The notes beneath the pieces are model-generated. The model did not search any database, was not told the origin of the DNA, and worked only from the letters and a program-made list of their open reading frames with translations. A stretch of 56,418 nucleotides of DNA, counting the filler, from Sphacelaria rigidula (lineage: Eukaryota), in the NCBI GenBank assembly GCA_964200075.2. It is 5 parts of 5 records of this genome, joined end to end, with 100 filler letters (N's around TTAATTAATTAA, not from the genome) between each part and the next. Parts side by side here need not be neighbours in the genome. Positions count along the whole stretch, not along the records: positions 45,217 to 56,418 come from CAXNAA020005244.1; 4 more parts are not named here. One strand, given 5' to 3'. Position numbers and translations under genes: made by a program. Position 1 is the stretch's first letter, and each line of letters starts with the position of its first letter. Below, piece by piece: positions 46,602-56,418 of this stretch.

Positions 46602-47946
46602 CACACCCTGGACAACACAACTTGTAATATATATATATATTGCCCGCTCAATATGTCGATGCGTTGCGTGTTCAGTATATTGGCCGAAGAGTATGATGGC
46701 ACGAAAGACAGATCAATATTTATAGCGGTAGTTCAATCTTGATATTGGAACGTACATTGGAATTAGGAAGATGGACACTTTTGTGTTGGCGGATGACAGT
46801 GAAGATGTTTCACCAGACGCCCAAAACGCTCAATATTCTCCCGCAAGGGTGTCCAATAACTATTGGAAAAGAAATACCGTTGCATGGTTTGTGTTCTATA
46901 TAAATTGTTGCAACAATATGTTATGTATCGCTTTGACTCAATATATATATATATATGTATACTGACATTTCAACGCATACACGGCCGGCATGAACAATAC
47001 GTATTGGAGGTTTGTTCCCCGAGCAAGTGCATGTCCAATACATATTGACATGCCTTACTTTACGATCATGACGCGAGAAATGGGTGTTGTCGTTTTAATA
47101 TCTCCGAGGAAATCTCAACGCAAAATATAGTGTGAGGACAACGCTTGCGCTGTTTCCAATATAAAGGGTTGGTAGCGTATTGGGATATAGCGTATTATCC
47201 AGGGTGTAAGCAACACAGCACCGATGACCAGAGGGGTACCAAAAGGCGCATGTCGATCCGCGTTTTCTACCGTCGTACCGTTTGGCCAATATCTATGTTA
47301 CATACTGCGGAGGCCATGAGCGGCACCCCACGGGTGGCCAGATAGATGGTTTTCAAAAGGCATATGTGCTGGGTCGCCTCTTCTATTTGTTGCCCCATTT
47401 TCCGGCGAATATATAGAAAAATCAAACTTCTGACGCGTCAACATATTTTACAGTAAATATGTCACACATTGTCGAGTGTACGTTGCACAGCACAGTGCTT
47501 GACTGGAGCATATACTCGACATCGATGCACTGGCCCAATGTATGCTGGGTGGGTGGTATGTTGTCGCACTCCCTTCCCCGATACAAACACTGACCGGTCA
47601 TCATGTTCTCACCCATATGGCCCCAATATATATATATATATATCGGTTGGGCAATATGCTGTCACCCACACGGTCCCAATATACATTGGTCGTGCAATAT
47701 GTCGTCATCCACACGGCCCAAGTATTTGTTGATGGGACAATATGTGTCCAATCTCATGCTACCAATATACGTTGGGCGGGCAATCCGTGTGCAGTCCCAC
47801 GACACCATCATATATCGGACGGGTAATGCGTGTGGATTCCGAGGGTTCCAATATATATATATATATATTACGCCGGCAATATATCATCATAGTCCAATAT
47901 GATCGAGCAATATACACTGGAAACGTATTGTATTGTCTAGGCTGTG
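46602..47946. mobile_element. 1.35-kb CAC...GTG non-autonomous TIR element with dense CAATAT motifs
   Basis: Left CACACCCTGGACAACACAA vs reverse-complemented right end CACAGCCTAGACAATACAA (16/19); interior saturated with CAATA/TATTG. Confidence 0.65.
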
Positions 47947-49157
47947 AATGATTTACGGGTGGTGAGGCGATATTGTTTAGACAATGGTATTTTTTGGTGC
48001 TTTCATGGCAGACGGGCATGTGCTTCCTCCAGTTGAAATTTAGAGGTGTTTTGCGTTCGTGTTTGAGGTTGAACACCCATTTTTACCGCACTCTGCCAAG
48101 TCCACCGCTCCCCCGAGCAGTGGAGAACAGCACCATAAGTACACTCCGACAGCGGTACAAGAATAACCCAACTTGGGGTGCCTCACGTGGTAGGAAATCT
48201 CCCCCTTTTTTTTGTCAACATGGACTACCCCCCGCGCGCCTCGTCATGGGTTGTGGGGCGCAACAGACTGTCATGATTCAAATCATACACAAATTTGGTT
48301 GTTTTATGCTTCTCTTTACCGCTCGAGGGACAAACGTTGGGGTGATTTTTGCATCTTTTGAACTTTTTTGCGCCGCTCGCGCACGCGGGTGGGTGGGCTA
48401 ACCGGGATTGCCATGAAGGCGAGGATCCAATACAAAAACTGTCGAGTATTTCAGAACTCCCCGGCAAAGATTGGAGATAAGTACCGCTTGATACGAAGCC
48501 AATCCCCCATGCTTTTTGGACGTACGAGGTACAGTATGTCTTTTTCTCACGGATGCGAGATGCTCCGCACCAGTATCTGGTCTCCGATGCGACGTTTTTG
48601 AGAGCAAAGAGGTCACGATTTGAAGAAAAAACGATAGGTTTGGTCGCGTGATACGTACTTTGTTAATATCGTGGTGGACGAGTACTCCTCTCATCAGTAG
48701 GAAACGGTAACCGTTTTTCTGTGTTGTTGTCTACCGCTACTGTGGCCAGCATACAATATACACACATTTTCAATTTTTCACGTGCGGTTTTCCTTGTTTC
48801 ATTTGTTTGTAGTGAACGCTATTTTCCCGCTGCGATTAGTTTGATTCTGTTCATGTATCGTGCAGTATGGCTGGATGTGTTGCTGGATGTTTTCCCGACG
48901 ACGCAGAAGAATACGCCAATGTTTTCGGCGGCGCCGCTGCAATGTGTAAACAGTAACCCGAACTATGCTTTTTCACTATTCCGTGGTTTACGGGATATAT
49001 TCTGCTTTATTTTGTTTCATTTCGTCGGCCCAACACACTCTACATACATCAGAGATGGCGTCGAACTTTGGAGGCGGCATGCTGGAAGCATACGTGTCCA
49101 GTTGGTGGCGATTTTGGATCGGTTGTGCATTTTTGGCAGTGAAGAACATGCTGAAGG

Positions 49158-49600
49158 GTGGTGTACTCACGATTTTCATGGCGTAGTCATGAGATCATCG
49201 ACCTTGTATCCCTAAGAAGCCGGGACGGAGCGCGCCGGGTTTCTGCCAGACCAGACTCGCACTCAATCACCAAGCGCGAAGTGCCATGATGTATTAGGCG
49301 GGTCGCATGAAGGGTGAGCTGCATACTGCTAAGATTATTCGGCCTGAAGCGCACTGATTATCTTGCACATGGATGACAGCCTAGGACAAACTTCTTCGCT
49401 CCCTGGGATCACCATTTCCAGAGACAGCTACGGGCTACAAACTGCCTCGTGGGAGGCTCGCCATGTACACACTACGTGGTTCGGCAATCCCCTTTGCGTG
49501 TAGGTCAAGTTCTGCACCCGTCACAGTATGACCTAGTTCGATCACCAGAGTTACCGCACGAAAAAACGCAAGTCAAAGAAAAAGAGTAACTCGGCTGCCT
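49158..49600 (-). mobile_element. Family B copy
   Basis: GTACTCACGATTTTCATGGCGTAGTCATGAG...GCCGGGACGGAGCGCGCCGGG... to ~49600. Confidence 0.75.
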
Positions 49601-49623
49601 ATTATACTCATGAAAGGGAGAAG

Positions 49624-49702
49624 AGGGGGGGGGCGTACTCATTTGTTGCTTGCCTTAGTCATTTGGCCATTGACCACGCATCCCTTCCGAGGCGGAGCGC
49701 CG
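49624..49702 (-). mobile_element. ~70-nt family A mini-copy with G-run
   Basis: G-run + CGTACTCATTTGTTGCTTGCCTTAGTCATTTGGCCATTGACCACGCATCCCTTCCGAGGCGGAGCGCCG. Confidence 0.78.
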
Positions 49703-49782
49703 ACCAAGCGCGGAGGGGGTGGGGGGGGGGAAGGGGTAGCGAACTCTGAGAGATGCAGCCCCACCCCCCCTCCGCCGCCCTC

Positions 49783-50265
49783 CGGGGTTGGCATCAGTTG
49801 TCAATAACGCCGTATAAGACGCCACTTAGTACGAAATCTAGGCCGTGAGGTTGTCGTTGTTTTGCCCGCTTGCATTTTTCGCGGTAACCATGATGGTGGT
49901 CGAGCTAGGCCGTATTGTGCGGGGTGGGAAAACCTCAATTCCGCGCAAAGGGGGTGGTCTTACTACGTTGTGTCGACATGGTGACATGCTCATTGAAGGG
50001 AATGTGTAAGCCATGTACCAGAAAATGAAGCAGTGTATTGGAGGCTGTCATTCATATGCAAGATAATCAGTACGCTTCGGGCCGAACAATCTTAGCCGGA
50101 TGCAGCTCACCCTTCATGCGACTCGCCGAACGCGCCACGGTGCTGCGCGCTTGGTGGTTTGAGTGCAAGCCTGATCCGGCGAAAACCCGGCGTGCTCCGT
50201 CTCGACTTTGTAGGGATGCGAGGTCAATGGTCTGATGACCATGGCATGCATGATCATGAGTACAA
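49783..50265 (+). mobile_element. Near full-length family B element
   Basis: Starts GGGGTTGGCATCAGTTG, ends GCATGATCATGAGTAC. Confidence 0.75.
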
Positions 50266-53238
50266 CGTACCGTGGAATCACTCTATATAGAGCTACCGCC
50301 TTCAAATCTAACAGCTTTTCGTGACGTTACTCGTATTAACGCTTTGAACGCTGGGGTGGATGATGTGTTGAATCGGCACCATTTACACTTGAAAAAAGGG
50401 TACAACGATGCCGTTTCGACAGATCGCCTACCCTGGCGATGAAAGGGTTACCCCGCAATAACACTAGAATGGGCACGTCGCAAAACACAGCAGGCAAACG
50501 CGCGACGCAGGGTTAGGTGGCAGCAAGCATTGATGTACACGCGTCGTCCACCGAGCGAATGTTAGCGATTCATCTGCTCATAATTCAACAAAAGTGTTTT
50601 GATGCACAGGACATGATCAAAATATTTTCCTTCTTTCCTTCAACTCCGCTCTGCCCCATACACGATTTGAACATCCATAAAAGCCGTGCCTAAATTTTGC
50701 ACCATTCAGAAATGTTGGTGTTCCACCCAATGATGGAAGACATGAAACAACGTTTCCCTAATAAATGCCCACACCCAATCAAATACTAGACAGTAAACCC
50801 AGAAAAAAGGCCAGCTGTTGAAAACTCAATTGCTAAAGGGATGATGGGGACTGAGCAGAACGAAGTATTAGTAATAAATTCACCAATGCCACATTCCCCA
50901 GCCCCAGTGCAGCCTCGTTAACTGCGGAATACCCATGCCCCCAAGATGTGGCCAAAGAAATAGATTGTTTGTGCTAAAAAAGTGACAGTTACGTGCTCCT
51001 TCTGAAGCTATGGGTAGTACCCAAGACACCGCCTCCGAATATAATCAAATATAGGCGTATGTCGATGCCCCTTGTGGATGACAAAGTCCGCTATCCCTTG
51101 CTTGATCGCTGCGGATGACCCTTGAGGCTTTTTTGCCTCTGCTGCTTGAGACGACAAATGGACCATTATCACATCTATTTCAACCATCGCGGCCCCCTCT
51201 TTTGCCACCGCCGCACTCCTCACCGCCCTGAACACCATCGTCATCCGAAGCGGTATTCCCTGAACCGATGACCGCACATGTACCAAAAATGCATGCATGG
51301 TGGAAATAGAGAAGTGCGCTACCCAACAAACACAATGTCCGTTTTTTATGTACTCCGCGTACTAGGTGTTTACGTCGCGGATGGCCACAGGAGAGATAGG
51401 GGTGATACCATAATATCGGAGAATATGTTGTGTAGGGTACACCGGGAGAGTAGTCGGCCCGATAGAACGGAGGATGAACCTTTTTTTGTCACTATCTTTA
51501 AGAGAACGCGGATATATGTGATGTTGGACGTGTGTGCACCGGAGGGTGGTACATGTGGACCATCAATTTTGTTGCGAACACTGCCACCACTTGTATGTCC
51601 GCACGGGACACACAAATAACATCAGGGGGAACCACACCTTAAAAGGTAAAAAAAACTCCCAAACTTTGGAAAACATTCGTCGGCTGCGCTCTTGAAGGGA
51701 GTGTGCGAAAGGGCAGACTATTGTGGCACGCATCTGCACTTGTTGCTCGTGTGGTGCCACCGTTTGCGGTCGAAGATTTTTGCGTCACAAGCACGCGGTG
51801 GCACAACGTCAATTCTTACTCTGGTGAGGGCAAAAACGTCGCTGCTCTCGTTCACCACGTTCCCGTGTGTTTGAATAGTATGTGTTGGCTTTTGTTGAGT
51901 TCGAAGCGCGTGGTGGCACTAAGCTGCTGTCTTGAAGTTTCTCAATTAATTTTGTGGTTCGGGGTGGGTTGAGCAGAACTGGTAAGTATTTGCTTCAATT
52001 CATGTGAACCTGGTGGATATCTCGTGGGCAGGGCATGACTGTTCCACGCAGAGGCAGCGGCTATCCTTTGTTACAGGCGTTACGCGCATGCAGTGGTGTC
52101 TACTCACATCGCGAGGATCCACCCACCCTACTCAGCGACATGTAGATGGTGCAATAAAGGGGGAGGGGGGCGCGCGCGCGGGGGGGGGGGGTACGTGAGT
52201 GTATGTAGTTTATGTATGTATGTGAGAGATGAAGCATTATCGCACCGCTGGAGTTGTAATGCTCCGACTTTCGGCTTGAAAGCACTCGGTCGATGGGTTG
52301 TGATTTGTGTCCGTGTCGTGGAAAAATAACCCAGGCGCGAAGGGGGCTATTGGTCGGTCGGTTGGTTGGTTGGTTGGTTGGTTGATGAATGTCTCATGAA
52401 TCTCCTCAGGGAGTAGAGCGGTCGTTTCTCAGCAGTGTGCACTTCACGTCGTTTATTCGGAGAATGGCGATCTTCGCTCCTCCCCCTTCTCCTCCTACGG
52501 TGTGGCTCTTTATCGTTTTTCTAGCATGCGAACGAGGGGATCAACCAAAAAGAGGGTGAACAAACAATAAACTTGTGCTTCTTTTGACAAGGGATGTCTT
52601 CCACTTTTACGGTAAAAGCACACGAATCCTAAGGAACCGATGTCCTCTGAATCGTGAAGCCGTTCTCGAAGCGGGTTTACGCACTGGCATTATTAGTGCA
52701 CCTGGGAAGCAATTTGCCCGAAGAAGCGTATACCCAGCAGGACATTGCATTCCTTTGTCAATACAGGGGTACCTCGTGCACACGCGCGTGTACACGCGTT
52801 CGAGAGCGGCCGGGGTCGTCTGGCCTGTGCGCGTATCCGAGATACTTCAATTTAGTTTTCCATGTTTCATGTGGTATGGCCAACTGTAGTTTAGCTATAG
52901 TTTTGTGCGAAAGTTGTGATCCTCGTAGGGGTTACGTGCACATACCTCGACACATACTGCTACGGTGTCGGAAGAGAGGACCCATACTCCAGTTTGTTCG
53001 GCGTTACTGATGTCGAAACTGCTGTGCTGCCTGAGTCTGCTTAACGCCACGGTTGCACGGTGCTTTACTATACGGCACTGCATTCATCATCATGCCGCCG
53101 AACTTCGAAGAACGTATTGTATCAAAGTTTGCGCATACTCCAAGCTGGTTTGTGATGGCACGAAAACATCCCAGCATCATTATCTTTTTACCGTGCGTGA
53201 GGCCAACTGTAGCCAGTCATATATGCATATATTATTTT

Positions 53239-53496
53239 ATGACTAGTGTTACGATACCTCCCCCTCCCAAAAAAAGTGGCTGGTTTGAGAGGCACAATCT
53301 ACGCGTAAATCGAAATGAAAAAAAGCCGAGCACGACGAGCAGCTGGAAATTCCGACGCTTGGGATCGTTTTCGGCAGTACCGCCCATATGAGGCGCTTCA
53401 CACAGCCTAGAACCAAAAATCATGCGCTGTATGACCATTTTCTTCGTGACAGTTTCGAGCTGGTTTGGGGGGGAGGGCTACCGTAGCATTGGTCAT
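53239..53496. mobile_element. MITE-like TIR element related to 35077-35374
   Basis: ATGACTAGTGTTACGATACC... / ...GCTACCGTAGCATTGGTCAT imperfect TIR; shared interior. Confidence 0.6.
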
Positions 53497-54798
53497 ATGT
53501 GGTATGAAGCATGTCGGTGCATGTGCACTGGGGTACATTGATGGGCGACAGTAGTGGCCGCCAACGATTCTTCTCAAAGTGCAGCAAACCCGCCAAACGA
53601 ATGCTGAACCCCGCAAACAAACGATAAACACGTCTTCGGCACACACGTCAGCCCCCTTAAGGATCCTCGATCGTAGGGCTCCTTGCATTATTCTGTCAGC
53701 CACGAAACGAAACCACCACCCCATATTTCCCTCCATACAAAGCACGTACCCCACTCGACGAGCCCAACACTACATACATCTCCTGTGCAATGTGATTTCG
53801 TATGTGCGCAATTAACCACCCCATCTTATCTCCATCCTCAGTATTCCATCTACAAAATAACGCTACGTTTATCAGTCGTTACATATCTGGAAAAAGGACC
53901 TGGTCAGAACATTTCCGCCGCCGAGCAAACTTGACTGATCTCACATCTGGTGGGTTCGGGAAACCGACGTCACTCAACTTCCATGGATAAGTCCGGCAGA
54001 GCTCAGATGCTGGTAGAAACTCTACGATCCTTATTGCTATTCGTGAGCCAATCACACTAACAATATTCCAGATATACGTTATTTGGTATTCATTCCCTAC
54101 AAAAAATACAGACAATAACTTCAAGTACCCTAATTCTATGGTTTGTCCAGCCGAGTAGTGAGGACAACGTTAAAGTACAACCACTGCAACTTCTGTAGGC
54201 TTGGGGGTGCGTTTTTTCACATGAACAGAAAAGCCTCAACGACGCGCCCGAAGGTCTAGTGTACATTGTCCATAAGAAAACAACGCCGGAAAATTGCTGA
54301 GGAGGCAATACCTAATATAATCATTTCGCACCAGCAACGAAGCAACACGCGCGTCGTCGTCAGCGATTTATCCGTGGCTTCACCTCATGTTGACTCTGAT
54401 CGCTCGTGGTAAATGACTATAATACTACTGCTTATACCCACAATACCTGGCTATAGCTTGAAGGGCGCTCCGGGAACTCTCTGATCACTCCACGCGCCTC
54501 CATCAGACTGATGCTATAGTCCCTACGAGCGGCAGTGTCGAGGGATAGTGACTTAGCCGCTACTTGACCGAAACGCTCGTAGCATTTTCAATGGCCAGTC
54601 GACCAGTAGTCTGTAACTTGATCCAATCTAACACATATATTACACCGAAAATTCCTGGATGTGAAGGCAATAGCGCAAGTCTAACCACTCCCCGAGCGAA
54701 ACATGGCCAATCAACGTACTTCACACACATGTATACACCCTGCCGTTACCCTACTTCACCAGGCACCACCCCCTCCGCTCTCCCCTACCAACAGAGGC

Positions 54799-56418
54799 CT
54801 ATGGGACCTTGACCGCCGCCTTTCGAACCACTCGCCGGCGACGCCCGAAACTGGCCATCTGCTCCTTCCTTTCCTGTGTTTTCGACTCGCGGAACTTTGC
54901 GATGTGCTCGTGTACTCGCCCCTCGGTCTCGGCAGCCACCGACGGCCCTCCGAGCCAGTGGTCTTCAGCAGCTTTTGCCGCGGTGACACGGGTATCCGGG
55001 GACACTTGAAGCAACTGTGTATGGCGAAGTGCACAGTGTTTACGGTGAGGACAAGTACACATCCGCAGGGGAAGAACGTGGGGGGCCGGCGGGGTCGAGT
55101 AGTGTGAAATGGATACCAATGTACACACGGTTCCGAGGGGGAGGGCATTTGGTGGCCTGCTTAGAAGCGCGCCACTTGATTGCAGATATCTTGTCTACGA
55201 ACGAGGCAGTCAACATGGTCGTGGACAAGGGAGAACGCATACCCATCTAAGTAAAACATATGTACCGAGTGGCTATTGGGAGGAGTACAATGGTTGAAGA
55301 GGACATGATGGCGCGTGCGGCAGGCGCATCGTCGTGGGCAGTGTAGGCTGCACCATCAACACTTCCCCGTACAACATGCAGAAGTGAGGGCATCCCCTGT
55401 TGGTTGCTGCCGGCAGAAACAGCGCATGGCCTCAGTCGTCAAGATGGACTAGTACGCTACTATTTCAGCACTAGCATAGGTAGTATATTTTATCTAGCGA
55501 TCTGCGTTTACTGGACCTCTCACCGTGGCAATGAAGTTGATGCAAATTGTGTCTACGCGCGTCGGATCGACCTCATAGCGCCCGATCGAAATCCTGGCCT
55601 TCTCCGCATTGTCGTGGTCTTCATCCGTCAATACTTCCCTAGTTTCGCAAGAACTATCTTCGGTGTCATCGGTATCACTGTCTAGCACGCCATCGCTCTT
55701 GCCGCGGCCGCCGATTTCCCCTCCTTTGACTCCGTCCGAGATCTCCTTCGTCGCCTCCCAGCTGCAAGTGAGCCGTTGTGGATGTTTCGGGTGTTACCGT
55801 GGTGGCGGTTGACAGTGGGTAACGAGAAGTGGAATGAAATGTTTCTTCAATATCAAAAAGATATCGTCTCCTTGGGGACAATCAGAAGTCACGTCCAGCT
55901 TCTGGCCCTCAAGTGCGAAACATGAGAAATCACTGAGCGGCAGCACACGCATGCAGGCTTTGTGACGACAAATGCTGCCCATGTTTCATTGCACTTTTCT
56001 CTATCTCTCACCCATCCGTGCAGCCGGACGAGCTCGCTACGCGTTCGTCCTTGACCCTAGATTAATAAATCCAAACTGATGAGATGAAAGCCAACGGCCT
56101 GGGATAGCGTTGACCCAATGCTCGACTTCAATGTGAAGGGACGATTAGATTCCCCGACACTATAGACTCATTCTGAGGATGGAGGGAAGTGCAAGCACGA
56201 CAAAATGAAGCAGGATAAAGGAGACAAAAGCCGTGTCATTTGCTCAGACTTTGTTTTGGCGCCGAGTTTCGTCCAAGTGGTTGTACCGACAACACAGCCT
56301 CCACATACCTAAACGGCGTGAAACCGTGCAACATCTCGTATAGCACGACGCCTGCCGCCCAGATGTCAACCTTCGTATCGAGCTCAGCGTCCTCGGATAG
56401 CACCTCGGGAGCCAAGTA
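54799..56418 (-). CDS. 3' part of a spliced Ser/Thr protein kinase (CAMK-like)
   Basis: Exons >56418-56309 (YLAPEVLSEDAELDTKVDIWAAGVVLYEMLHGFTPF, subdomains VIII-IX), 55761-55524 (...ARISIGRYEVDPTRVDTICINFIAT) and 55014-54799 (LLQVSPDTRVTAAKAAEDHWL...FGRRRRVVRKAAVKVP*); GT/AG sites with matching phases. Confidence 0.88.

Noticed and set aside
50222..50265. Hammerhead ribozyme (CTGATGA at ~50231)
   Set aside because: No GAAA core after the following stem, and other copies read CTTATGA.
50336..50450. piggyBac-like mini element (TTAACGCTTT...AAAGGGTTA)
   Set aside because: Inverted match is weak and the right-hand TTAA is incomplete; single copy in the window.

Overview
This is not one locus. 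It is five unrelated scaffolds of near-identical, descending length (11206, 11205, 11203, 11202, 11202 bp) joined by artificial 100-nt N44-TTAATTAATTAA-N44 linkers, as in a size-sorted 'unplaced' pseudomolecule. Scaffold 1 (1-11206) is gene-dense alphaproteobacterial DNA (Hyphomonadaceae/Caulobacterales-like). It carries an OmpA-like fragment, metG, a DUF938 methyltransferase, an aldo/keto reductase, an acyl-CoA ligase, two paralogous TPR-like lipoproteins, dxs, ispA, xseB and a histidine phosphatase. Scaffolds 2-5 (11307-56418) come from one intron- and repeat-rich eukaryote, most likely a brown alga (inference), and share repeat families. Four spliced genes can be rebuilt by hand with phase-consistent exons: a VPS13/RBG-like protein, a very large GAF-like/Tudor-like protein with a probable GC-AG intron, N-carbamoylputrescine amidase, and a CAMK-like kinase. 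The most unusual signal is a retroelement system: a LINE 3' end, a ~500-bp non-autonomous element and ~70-nt mini-copies all share one structured 3' module ending in GAGTAC plus poly(C) rather than poly(A). CAC...GTG TIR elements, a foldback hairpin, tRNA-headed SINEs and satellites are also present. All calls were made by eye, without database searches.
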